Assembly: GCA_041665465.1 (NCBI GenBank)
Contig: JBAYIU010000001.1
Span: 1,213,873 to 1,277,872 of the forward strand
From: Candidatus Woesearchaeota archaeon
Lineage (GTDB): Archaea; Nanobdellota; Nanobdellia; Woesearchaeales; GW2011-AR9
Direction of reading: 5' to 3'
DNA length: 64,000 bases
The translations under genes and the position numbers were made by a program. This document shows positions 44,007-53,360 of this stretch, in pieces; position 1 is the first letter of the stretch, and every line of letters starts with the position of its first letter. The notes below the pieces were generated by a model. It did no database searches, had not been told where the DNA came from, and was given only the letters and a program-made list of their open reading frames with translations.

Positions 44007-44038
44007 TTAATAAATATTTCGTTGATTTTGGTGTTTAA

Positions 44039-44179
44039 ATGAGAAAAAAACCAAGATTTGTCTTTACCATAAATATCCATCTGAAGGAAAAACTTTCAAA
44101 AATTGCGCAAAAACAAGGATGTTCACAAGCTGAAGTCTTAAAAATAGCACTAGTGAAGTATTTAGAGGCTGAAAGATGA
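44039..44179 (+). CDS. ribbon-helix-helix (CopG/Arc-like) protein, 46 aa
   Basis: MRKKPRFVFTINIHLKEKLSKIAQKQGCSQAEVLKIALVKYLEAER: beta-strand then two helices; overlaps the next gene (ATGA); not in ORF track. Confidence 0.6.
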   Translation: MRKKPRFVFTINIHLKEKLSKIAQKQGCSQAEVLKIALVKYLEAER

Positions 44180-44817
44180 TTCCTTTTTCTCCTACTTTCA
44201 GAACTTTTTCAGCTTGGCTTAAAGCAGAAGTTAGAACTTCAAGATATGCCCAAGAGGTTATCAAGTTTCATAAACTTAATCCGGCAGCTACGTTAAAACA
44301 GCTTCGTTCAAGAAAAAACATAATTACAAGTCTAGCAAAAGTTCCTTTTGAATTCTTAAACTCTACTCAACGATTAGAGTACAGAAGATCTATCCAAGTA
44401 TTAAGATTATTACGAAATGAAAAATATTCGATGACTAGTGCCACAAAAGAAATGCAAATTAGTATCAAAAAAGTTCTTGCAAATGTAGGGACTGCCATTA
44501 CAAAAGGTAAAAATGGAATTTACATGGCTAAAAAGTATGATTCCCTTTTTCGTAAACTTAAAATTTATGAAAAAGGGTATCTCAAAAGTATTACTGTTAT
44601 TAACTATAAGGATGCTCAACTAATTGGCAAATATCATAATGCCATTCAAAAACTTCTGTACGGTAAAGATCTTGAAGCTTTAAAAGAATTCGAAGAGGTA
44701 ATAATAATTGATTGTAACGGTATTAAGCATACACTTGAAACCGATCCTAATCAAATTTATCTCATTATGGATAGAATGGAGAACCAAGAATTTTTTGACC
44801 TATATGCGGAAGAATAA
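44176..44817 (+). CDS. HTH-containing hypothetical protein
   Basis: YSMTSATKEMQISIKKVLANVG HTH-like segment. Confidence 0.5.
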   Translation: MIPFSPTFRTFSAWLKAEVRTSRYAQEVIKFHKLNPAATLKQLRSRKNIITSLAKVPFEFLNSTQRLEYRRSIQVLRLLRNEKYSMTSATKEMQISIKKVLANVGTAITKGKNGIYMAKKYDSLFRKLKIYEKGYLKSITVINYKDAQLIGKYHNAIQKLLYGKDLEALKEFEEVIIIDCNGIKHTLETDPNQIYLIMDRMENQEFFDLYAEE

Positions 44818-44820
44818 GAA

Positions 44821-45246
44821 ATGGTCACTAAAGAATTAGAGTTAAGATTTTGGCATGAGGAAACACTTAGAGGAAATAAGCTTCCAATTAATCCTTTATT
44901 TAATCTTAACTCGGTTTTTGAAGAGCACCATATTTTTGGGAAATCAAATTCCAATAAAACAGCCTTAATCAATAAGGAAAGACACGATTTTATCACTAAT
45001 AGACTTAATCTATTGCCTATAAAATGTCGAAAAGACAAAACAGTGATCTTTTGGAGTAATGTTGCTTCAACTTTAGAATTAATGGCTTTTGAAATTCGGC
45101 ATTTCATTTTCTTATATACCCATTCTCAAAATGAAGAAGCTAATGAATTCACGTTGAGCAGAGGTTATCATCAAAAATTTATTGACAAAATTATTTTAAG
45201 CATATGGAGAAAAATAGAAAATGGAAAACAAAGAAATAATGGTTAG
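44821..45246 (+). CDS. possible HNH (His-Me finger) nuclease
   Basis: EEHHIFGKSNSNKTALINKERH fits HH..N..N..H loosely; lacks the usual Cys pairs. Confidence 0.4.
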   Translation: MVTKELELRFWHEETLRGNKLPINPLFNLNSVFEEHHIFGKSNSNKTALINKERHDFITNRLNLLPIKCRKDKTVIFWSNVASTLELMAFEIRHFIFLYTHSQNEEANEFTLSRGYHQKFIDKIILSIWRKIENGKQRNNG

Positions 45247-47884
45247 AACATACACAAAATTGAAGAATATCAAGGATAAAATAACTAATAAAAATCATAA
45301 CTATCAAGAATATAAGGATATCTTAGTCTTTGATACCGAAACAACCGCGGATGAATTCCAAAACCTTAAATTTGGATTTTTCCAGATATATTCTTTAGGA
45401 AATTTGAAATTTCAAGGCATATTTTATGAACAGATAAATATAACAGATCAGGAATTTGAAGAACTAAAAAAATATGATAAAGACTTTCTCTTTATGACCA
45501 GAGAAGACTTTGTTCATAAGGTATTTTATCCAACAGTATATGATAACAACGCTCTGTGTGTGGGTTTTAATATATTCTTTGACTTATCAAGACTAGCTTT
45601 CAGATTCCCTACCCCACGAAAAGGCGCAACACATATTCAACTTCAATTAAGTAAGTACCAAAATTACCCAGATATTGAGGTGGACCATAAAGGTGGAAAT
45701 TTAACTTTTTTTAGATTTGGAAAGGCGTTTGATTTTCATAAAAAGAAATATAAAAACCATTTTGCTGGCAATTTCTTAGATTTGATGAGTTTAGCTTGTA
45801 CATTTTCAGATAAAAAAAGAATTTCACTCAAAGATGCTTGTAAATTGTTTGATACTACTGAAAAAAAGATAGAAGATATCAAGCATGGAAAAATCACTAA
45901 AGATTATATCAGATATTGTGTGCAAGATGTAAAAGCCACTTACTCGTTATATGAAAAACTACTTGATGAATTCAAAGAATATACCATCAATAAAGATATT
46001 TGTAAAGTGTATTCTTCTGCATCTTTGGCAAAAAGTGCATTACAACAATTGGGAGTAAACCCGTGTATGAAACAACACCCAAACATCCCACATAAGCATA
46101 TAGAAAATTGGATGAAAGCATATTATGGTGGGAGATGTGAGTTAATGTACAGAAAAATTCCCGTTAAGGTAACTGTTCTGGATTTTCGTAGTATGTATCC
46201 AACAACAACAATTATAATGGATTTGTGGAAGATGATTATTGCTGAGAAAATAATTGAGGAAGATGCAACAGAGAAAGTAAAAAAGATACTAGAAACGGTT
46301 GATTTACATTATTTACAAGATAAAAATAACTGGAAAGGACTGGTGATACTTGTTAAAATAATCCCCAATGATGATTTTCTTCCTCAAAGATGTTGTTTTA
46401 AAACTAAGTCTAATATCTCAAATATAGCTTTAAATCATATTACTTACAAAGGGGAGTTATATTATGCTTTACCGGATATAATTAGTTCAGTTCTAAAAAC
46501 AAGCAGAATACCCCAAATTACAGAAGCAATTGAGTTTATTCCAATAGGGGTTCAGAAAACTTTGAGAAAAACCCCCTTATTAGGAATAAACATTGATCCA
46601 AGAGAAGATAATTTCATTAAAACAATTATTGAAAGAAGACAACAAATAAAAGATCAATTTGAAAAAGAGACAGATAAAGACAAAAAGAAATATTATGATG
46701 GGCTTCAAAAAGCACTAAAAATTTTAGCTAATTCTTTAACATATGGTATCTATGTTGAGATGAATAAGAAAGATTCTAACAACCTCCCTTTTGAATTAGA
46801 AAATTTTGATGATGAATCAGACTTTATTATGAACTCTTATGAAGAAGAAGGAGAGTATTTCCATCCCATCGTTGCAGTAAGTGAAATTGCTGGAGCCAGA
46901 CTTTTCTTAACAATGGCCCAAATCTTTGTTGAAAAGGCAGAATATCCACATTATTATACAGATACGGATAGTATGTTCGTCTCTCCTGAGATAGCTCAAG
47001 AGTTACAACACTTTTTTCAACCATTAAATCCGTATAGTTTTGATAAGCCGTTATTCAAACCTGAAAAAGAGAATCTCTTATTTTATGGAATAAGTAGTAA
47101 AAGATACGTTTTATACGAAATAATAAAAGATAAAATCGTTATTTATGGTACAGAAGAAGAGAAAGGGTACAAACTTCACGGATTAGGACATCTAACCGAC
47201 CCATTTTGTAGGAAAAACGGGGAAGATTGGCACAAAGAAATTTGGATGGATATTCTAAAGTTACATTATGGTAAAGTTACAGAATCAAATTTAGAAGAGA
47301 AATACTCTCAAAGCCATTCAATTTCAAATTTGACTGTATCAACTAAATCAGTATTTGAAAGATTTGCCAAGTATAATAAAGACAAACCGTTTGAAAAGCA
47401 AATAAAACCTGCAAATTTCTTTCACATAGGAGTTAAAGCTAACGGAGTAAAACCAATAAGCCCATTACGTGATAATCCCCAGGAAGCCCCCTATGCCCAT
47501 TTTTTGAATTATGAAACTTCAGAAACATTGATTGGAGAAGAATATTGGGGTACGCTGTGGTTATCATTACAAGATTATCTAAACCACCCAGAGAGTAAAT
47601 TTGATGGGGATATTGGTTGGCTTAAACGGAAACACATAGAAGTTACAAAAGTGGATAAAATAGGGAAAGAAATTAACGACTTGGATAAACATATCTTAAA
47701 AATAACTCTACCAAATAGATATTTAACAACAAAACAAAAAGAAGACCTAATCTTAAATATGGCGGTAGAAGAAGCTAAAAAGAGAGGAATATCCAAAAGT
47801 ACTTTATCTGACCAGAAAAAGTATATTAAAAACAACGAGAAAATTAAATGGGGTTCTAAAACGATGAGGAAGTTACTGAGTTAA
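45221..47884 (+). CDS. polB: family B DNA polymerase
   Basis: ExoI FDTETT, ExoII GFNIFFDLS, ExoIII YCVQDV, motif A DFRSMYPT, motif B KILANSLTYG, motif C YYTDTDS, KRY in SSKRYVLY. Confidence 0.92.
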   Translation: MENKEIMVRTYTKLKNIKDKITNKNHNYQEYKDILVFDTETTADEFQNLKFGFFQIYSLGNLKFQGIFYEQINITDQEFEELKKYDKDFLFMTREDFVHKVFYPTVYDNNALCVGFNIFFDLSRLAFRFPTPRKGATHIQLQLSKYQNYPDIEVDHKGGNLTFFRFGKAFDFHKKKYKNHFAGNFLDLMSLACTFSDKKRISLKDACKLFDTTEKKIEDIKHGKITKDYIRYCVQDVKATYSLYEKLLDEFKEYTINKDICKVYSSASLAKSALQQLGVNPCMKQHPNIPHKHIENWMKAYYGGRCELMYRKIPVKVTVLDFRSMYPTTTIIMDLWKMIIAEKIIEEDATEKVKKILETVDLHYLQDKNNWKGLVILVKIIPNDDFLPQRCCFKTKSNISNIALNHITYKGELYYALPDIISSVLKTSRIPQITEAIEFIPIGVQKTLRKTPLLGINIDPREDNFIKTIIERRQQIKDQFEKETDKDKKKYYDGLQKALKILANSLTYGIYVEMNKKDSNNLPFELENFDDESDFIMNSYEEEGEYFHPIVAVSEIAGARLFLTMAQIFVEKAEYPHYYTDTDSMFVSPEIAQELQHFFQPLNPYSFDKPLFKPEKENLLFYGISSKRYVLYEIIKDKIVIYGTEEEKGYKLHGLGHLTDPFCRKNGEDWHKEIWMDILKLHYGKVTESNLEEKYSQSHSISNLTVSTKSVFERFAKYNKDKPFEKQIKPANFFHIGVKANGVKPISPLRDNPQEAPYAHFLNYETSETLIGEEYWGTLWLSLQDYLNHPESKFDGDIGWLKRKHIEVTKVDKIGKEINDLDKHILKITLPNRYLTTKQKEDLILNMAVEEAKKRGISKSTLSDQKKYIKNNEKIKWGSKTMRKLLS

Positions 47885-48086
47885 TAAAATACCATCAATT
47901 CAGTTCTCCATAGGTAATGGATGGAAATCACATTTTCCGATAGATTTTTTGGCTAAATTTTCTCTACAATGTAATACGCTACACAAAGAAAAAGAAAAGA
48001 GATAAGTGGGCACTTGTCTCTCAAGGGATTCTTACTAAAATCAAATAAAAACCATTATAATCTGAGTGCCATTTTTATAAAAAAAG

Positions 48087-51000
48087 ATGTTCGATTCAAA
48101 TTATTATTCCGAATCATTAAAGAGAATAACAACCCTTGCCGGAGCTAGATATCAGTCCAATACTAATATCGAACTACCGATTATGCAACATTTTGATTTC
48201 TTCACACGAAATAGTATTTTTTATACAGATATCAGATCATTATATGGTAACTTATCGAGAAGTTTAGATAACTTTACTTTAAGTAAAGAAGTGAAATATG
48301 AAAGATATACTGATTTTATCTTCCAAAAAAAATTACTGTTAAAACGGCTGAAAAAAGTATTTCCTTATAATTCACAGATTATCCCCTGGAATATCATATC
48401 AACCCACCTAAGATTTATAAAATTTTATCTAAATCAGTATTCACATTTGTTAAGAGATTATATCTTAAAAAATAGTGAGATTAATACCTCTTTAAAAAAT
48501 GAAATTGAATCTAAACAACATTTTTTAAGAGAAGCAGATCGTTATCTTGAATCCTTGTATAACATATCTTCTGGATTGAATGGATCTCTATCTAATTCTA
48601 AATTATTATTAATTTCAGGAGGAGCGGGTAATGGAAAAACTCATTTACTAGTTGATGTATACCAGAGAAGAATTAGTGGTGAAGTGAAGCAACCAACTTT
48701 ATTTTTATTTGGAGAACAATTCTCTTCTAAAGAGAATATTTGGACTCAAGTAATAAACCAGTCTAAACTTCCATTTAAAAACCACAAGGAATTATTAGAT
48801 GAGCTGAGTGTAAGGTCATTTGAAGGGAATACGAATGGGTTAATAATCATAGATGCATTGAACGAAAGTGAACCACATCTCTGGAAAGAAAATCTTCGTA
48901 CAATAATAAATGATATTAAGGGATATCCGAATGTCTCACTAGTTATAAGTGTTAGAAATGGGTACCAAGAAGAGGTCTTTGATACCAATATAAAGGAACA
49001 ATTTATAGAAATTGAGCATCATGGTTACTCTCAAGACATACTATGGGATGTTACTGAGAAGTATTTTGAATACTATAATATTACTTATCCTGACTTCCCT
49101 TTATTAAATCCAGAATTCCAAAACCCCTTGTTCTTATTATTCTTTTGTAAAGCAAATAAAAACTCAAAGTTACCGGCTCGGCAGGAAAATGGGAACTGGT
49201 TAAAAAGTTTATTTGAAAGATACGTTATTGATGAAGGGCACGAAAAAGTATTAAAAAAGCTAAATCCTTCCTCTGTAAAAAAGTATGGGGAGGAGAATAT
49301 TTTATGGAGTGGTATAATCAAAAAAGGAATTGCTCCTTGGATGATATTTAATAACACAAGCACTATTGATGAAGAAAATTTAAAAAAGATAGTTGAAAAA
49401 TATCTCCCTGATTATAACGTTGATCAAGTAATTAAATTATTAGAGAATGGGAATATCCTTAACTCATATTGCTACTCCAAAATAAAATACTTTAAATTAC
49501 CTTTTGATAAATTTAGTAACCATATCATTGTTAGAACACTACTGGAAAATATCCCTAAGAAAGACCGTATTGATTCTTTTAAAGAAAATAATCCAGTGGG
49601 GAAATTTATATTAGCAAATAAATATAATTTTGGAATACTTGAAGCCCTTTGTATTCAAACACCGGAATTTTGCGATAAGGAATTATATAAATTAACACCT
49701 TATCTAGAAAAAAATCGATTATTATGGGATGCATTTACAGAGAGTATTATCTGGAGAAATCCAAATAAAATTAGTCCTGATTTGATTTTATTAATAAGAA
49801 ATAATCTAGAATTAAGAAAAGATTTCTTATTAAAGCCATTATTAAATCTTGCCCACATCGCAAAACATCCCCTTAATGCTGATTTTCTATGTCCAATATT
49901 AAAGAAGCAAAATATGGTGGAAAGAGATTCTTGGTGGTCAATTTTTTTACACAATAATTATGAAGAGGAAGGAGAAATCGTAAACAGAATTATTAGTTGG
50001 TCTATAAGTCACAACCAAAAACAAAAAATCTCTTCTGAAGTAATTAGATTGTATTCAATAACCTTAGCTTGGTTTTTGACTTCTTCAAATAGATCTATTA
50101 GGGATAAGGCTACAAAAGGATTAATCAATTTACTTAAGGATCATTTGATTATACTAAAATATTTATTGAATTATTTTAAGGATACTAATGATTTATACGT
50201 TTTGGAGAGATTATACTGTGTAACTTATGGATGTTGTTTATTAAATCCATCCGATTCAGAAAATGTTAAAGAAATTGCACTTCAAGTTTACAAGAACATT
50301 TTTGAGAATAATACTCCTCCCTCCCACATACTGTTGAGAGATTATGCGAGAGGCATTATAGAAACTGCAATAAATAATGGTATAAGTCTTGGAATAAATG
50401 AAGATAATATTAACCCTCCTTATAAAAGCCAATTTCCCGAGAAGCTTCCTTCAGATGAGGATATAAAAAGATATGAATTAGATTACCACTCAAAAGATGT
50501 TTATTTTAGCCAAAATAAAATTATTTCTTCAATGCAACCCGAACATACTACTCTTCATGGCAATATGTATGGGGACTTTGGAAGATATGTATTTCAAAGT
50601 GCACTATCTAATTGGGATGTTTCTAAATCAAAGATCACAATGCAACAACTAAGTAATTTATCTGTCAAAATTATCTTTGAAGATCTAAAGTATGATGTGA
50701 ATTTGTTGGGAGAATTTGATCGAAACTTAGATAGGTACTCCACATTTAATAGATCAGAACGGGACATTGAACGTTTTGGAAAGAAATATCAATGGATTTC
50801 ATTTCATATTGTTGCATCATTGGTTGCAGATAATTTTAAATTCAAACCACTACTTTTGGATACGGAATCAACAGAAATATACCGAGGTGCATGGAGTCCA
50901 CATATCAGAGATATAGATCCTAGCATCTCGATTAATTCAATCAGATTACAAAAGAAGCCAGAATTTAAAAACTTCCAAAAATATATTGATACATATGACA

Positions 51001-51794
51001 TTATGAAAGATGATTTTAGCAAATGGATTGTTTCATCCGGAGATTTATTAGATTTTGAAAAATGGTTAGATTTTAAAGATGATTCTAATCTCTTTTGGAT
51101 GAATTTAGGTGGTTCTTATGATTGGTATGAAGAAACATTACCGGAGGAAAAAGAGTATGAAAATTCGAAACGAGGTTTAAGAATTTGGTTTGAGAGTTAT
51201 CTTGTTAAAAAAGAGGAGTCTAAAATATTATTTAATTCTATTAAGGAAAAAAGTTTTTGGGGTGATTGGATGCCCAAGGGAACCACTTCTTATGAATTTT
51301 TTTTAGGGGAATATCCTCACTTTAAAGCGTGCCAAGATACAATTAGAAATTACGATTGTTGGACGGACATTAGTTCATTTGGGAAAAATTTATCTGCTAA
51401 GGTACTTCCAACATATGTAACTTACTCAACAGAAAGTAGTTTAGATTATTCTATAAATGGGGGATTTAGTATTAAACTACCCAACAAAGAAATAATTGAC
51501 AAGATGAATTTAAAATGTAATTCAAAAGGACAATCTTTTTTTGAAGATGAGCTGGTTTTCTTTGATAATTCTATAACTGAAACAGGTTTCCCAAATGGAA
51601 TTATTGCTAATAAAAAAAAGTTATTAGAATTTTTAAACAAGAATAATTTTGTTTTGTTTTGGAAGGTAATGATAGAAAAAACCATAATCGGTGGAAACAA
51701 AAATTTACAGGATTTTAAACCAAAAGAAATAAGCCTTTTAGTAATCATGAAGGATAACGGAACACTTGATTTAGTGAGTAAAGTAGAAAAATGA
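48087..51794 (+). CDS. large P-loop NTPase (STAND/NACHT-like) with helical-repeat and C-terminal domains
   Basis: Walker A GGAGNGKTH (nt 48618-48641), Walker B LIIIDALNES; HEAT-like SIRDKATKGLINLLKDH; 1235 aa. Confidence 0.6.
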   Translation: MFDSNYYSESLKRITTLAGARYQSNTNIELPIMQHFDFFTRNSIFYTDIRSLYGNLSRSLDNFTLSKEVKYERYTDFIFQKKLLLKRLKKVFPYNSQIIPWNIISTHLRFIKFYLNQYSHLLRDYILKNSEINTSLKNEIESKQHFLREADRYLESLYNISSGLNGSLSNSKLLLISGGAGNGKTHLLVDVYQRRISGEVKQPTLFLFGEQFSSKENIWTQVINQSKLPFKNHKELLDELSVRSFEGNTNGLIIIDALNESEPHLWKENLRTIINDIKGYPNVSLVISVRNGYQEEVFDTNIKEQFIEIEHHGYSQDILWDVTEKYFEYYNITYPDFPLLNPEFQNPLFLLFFCKANKNSKLPARQENGNWLKSLFERYVIDEGHEKVLKKLNPSSVKKYGEENILWSGIIKKGIAPWMIFNNTSTIDEENLKKIVEKYLPDYNVDQVIKLLENGNILNSYCYSKIKYFKLPFDKFSNHIIVRTLLENIPKKDRIDSFKENNPVGKFILANKYNFGILEALCIQTPEFCDKELYKLTPYLEKNRLLWDAFTESIIWRNPNKISPDLILLIRNNLELRKDFLLKPLLNLAHIAKHPLNADFLCPILKKQNMVERDSWWSIFLHNNYEEEGEIVNRIISWSISHNQKQKISSEVIRLYSITLAWFLTSSNRSIRDKATKGLINLLKDHLIILKYLLNYFKDTNDLYVLERLYCVTYGCCLLNPSDSENVKEIALQVYKNIFENNTPPSHILLRDYARGIIETAINNGISLGINEDNINPPYKSQFPEKLPSDEDIKRYELDYHSKDVYFSQNKIISSMQPEHTTLHGNMYGDFGRYVFQSALSNWDVSKSKITMQQLSNLSVKIIFEDLKYDVNLLGEFDRNLDRYSTFNRSERDIERFGKKYQWISFHIVASLVADNFKFKPLLLDTESTEIYRGAWSPHIRDIDPSISINSIRLQKKPEFKNFQKYIDTYDIMKDDFSKWIVSSGDLLDFEKWLDFKDDSNLFWMNLGGSYDWYEETLPEEKEYENSKRGLRIWFESYLVKKEESKILFNSIKEKSFWGDWMPKGTTSYEFFLGEYPHFKACQDTIRNYDCWTDISSFGKNLSAKVLPTYVTYSTESSLDYSINGGFSIKLPNKEIIDKMNLKCNSKGQSFFEDELVFFDNSITETGFPNGIIANKKKLLEFLNKNNFVLFWKVMIEKTIIGGNKNLQDFKPKEISLLVIMKDNGTLDLVSKVEK

Positions 51795-51879
51795 TTACAT
51801 CCATTTTTTACAGGGGAAAAATTGATTTGACAAAGTAAAGTCAGGTATTTGTAAAGTTAAAGAATCACTTCTTAAAAAT

Positions 51880-52953
51880 TTATTCATACTTTTTATGTTT
51901 AAAGTCGATCTCTAAAATAGTGGTTCTTTTATTTTCTAACTCTTTACTGAATTCGGTTTCTCCCTCAAAAAATTCTAATACATAAGGGTTGTTTTCAAAG
52001 AATAATCCGATTATCTCTTGAAATGAGGATATGCCTTTGTCAGCATCAATTCTAAATAATTTTAATCTCTTACACTCTTTTCTTATAAGGGAGTTTTTTA
52101 ATTCTAAGGAATTTCTTCTTTTGAATTTATCATAATTCCCATATACCCTTATAGCGCCATCAATATGGTTGCAAGAGGTTAAATCATTGTTTGTTATTGC
52201 ATGCAAATATCTCGTGTAAAATTTATGGTCTTCATTTTGGAAAAATAGGGTGTCTTCAAATTTAATGCCATTACTCGGAATTAACTCTTCAATTTGAAAA
52301 TGCCATTGACCATTTTGAAAGTTAAATAAAAATTCTGTTTTATCCAATATTGGGGCATCAAATGAAGAAGGTCCTTTTATTATGAATTCTTTGTCTGCTA
52401 AAGATTCTCTTACATGCTCTATTGTTTTTGGACCTTGCCAGTGAGATAAAAGCGTAGTATTTCTCCTAGTTTCAGGAATTCCTAAACAATTTGTATTGAT
52501 CGGGAGTTTTAAAGAGAAATTACCTTTCCAATTTTTAATTACCCATTCAGTGAAATGAAAATTTTTACTAAAAGCGTTTTCAAATATTAAATATTTGTTT
52601 TTGTATTTAAATCCGTTTTTATTTAAATCGGAATTATAAGGTACTTCTATAAGTCCATCTTCATCTAATTGAGATTTTAATTCAGAAAACTCATTAAAAG
52701 CATAATCTTTTTTTTCTTCTACAGCAACGTCCCATAGGTAATATTTTGTTGTTTTCATGGGATCAATTTTAATATTTTCTCCAAGAATTCTCCATAATTG
52801 GAATAGTTCTAAATCTTTATTGCTTTCTAGTTCTTTGTAAGCTTCTCTAACCTCTGCGGGTAGGAAATTGTTTTCCCATAAATTTCTTACTAGAATGTTA
52901 TTTTTACTGCAAAGTTCAACTAATTTTGCAATTTTCTGTGACAGCTCATTCAT
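51880..52953 (-). CDS. hypothetical protein (357 aa), convergent with the NTPase
   Basis: ORF only. Confidence 0.5.
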   Translation of the reverse strand: MNELSQKIAKLVELCSKNNILVRNLWENNFLPAEVREAYKELESNKDLELFQLWRILGENIKIDPMKTTKYYLWDVAVEEKKDYAFNEFSELKSQLDEDGLIEVPYNSDLNKNGFKYKNKYLIFENAFSKNFHFTEWVIKNWKGNFSLKLPINTNCLGIPETRRNTTLLSHWQGPKTIEHVRESLADKEFIIKGPSSFDAPILDKTEFLFNFQNGQWHFQIEELIPSNGIKFEDTLFFQNEDHKFYTRYLHAITNNDLTSCNHIDGAIRVYGNYDKFKRRNSLELKNSLIRKECKRLKLFRIDADKGISSFQEIIGLFFENNPYVLEFFEGETEFSKELENKRTTILEIDFKHKKYE

Positions 52954-53125
52954 GTGGCTGAAATAATGTAAGTAATATAATAAATTTGTGGAGACTGGAG
53001 TTGAACTTAAACTTTATTTGACATAACTCTCTATGTAATTAAACCTAAGTTTCAGCTGAATATAAAGGCTAACTCCTGAAACCCATTCTTCCAAAAAGAG
53101 AGTATATTTCAAGAATAAAAAGGGA

Positions 53126-53170
53126 AGGGTTTAGATATAGTCCGAAAAACAGGCCTATATCTATATACCC
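53126..53170. repeat. casposon right TIR
   Basis: Exact reverse complement of 36545-36589. Confidence 0.95.
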
Positions 53171-53184
53171 TAAGAAAAATTAGC
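53171..53184. repeat. casposon target-site duplication, right copy (overlaps the last 4 nt of the tRNA)
   Basis: taagaaaaattagc. Confidence 0.9.
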
Positions 53185-53297
53185 CCCGTGCGGATTCGAA
53201 CCGCAGTCAATGCCTTGCTTTCAAAGTGTCCAAAGGGCACTATCCCTAGACTTCCCCATTCTTAAATGGAGGAATTAGTCCGCTAGACGACGGGGCT
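53181..53297 (-). tRNA. tRNA-Gln(UUG) with two apparent introns (D-loop about 30 nt, anticodon loop about 14 nt)
   Basis: Acceptor AGCCCCG/CGGGGCT + A73; T-arm TGCGG-TTCGAAT-CCGCA; anticodon stem GTGCC/GGCAT with CTTTGG..A; D-stem GTCT/GGAT split by an insert containing hairpin CTCCATT-TAAG-AATGGGG. Confidence 0.75.
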
Positions 53298-53322
53298 ATA
53301 GTTTATGCTCCTGTCGAAGCGG

Positions 53323-53332
53323 ATTTATAAAA
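53323..53332 (-). promoter_or_regulatory. TATA box for tRNA-Gln(UUG)
   Basis: ttttataaat on minus strand 26-35 nt upstream of the tRNA 5' end. Confidence 0.5.
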
Positions 53333-53360
53333 CTTTCTCAGTTGTAAAAATAAAAACGAA

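Larger units (their letters stand above)
36545..53170. mobile_element. casposon (self-synthesizing Cas1-PolB transposon), 16626 bp
   Basis: Perfect 45-bp TIRs, 14-bp TSD, Cas1 with C-terminal HTH, family B polymerase, HNH-like and HTH genes; insertion at the tRNA-Gln(UUG) 3' end. Confidence 0.9.

Noticed and set aside
45221-47884. Classifying the polymerase as protein-primed versus RNA/DNA-primed, and the casposon family number
   Set aside because: The motifs confirm a family B polymerase, but TPR1/TPR2 insertions and family placement need alignment and phylogeny. I left this unassigned rather than guess.
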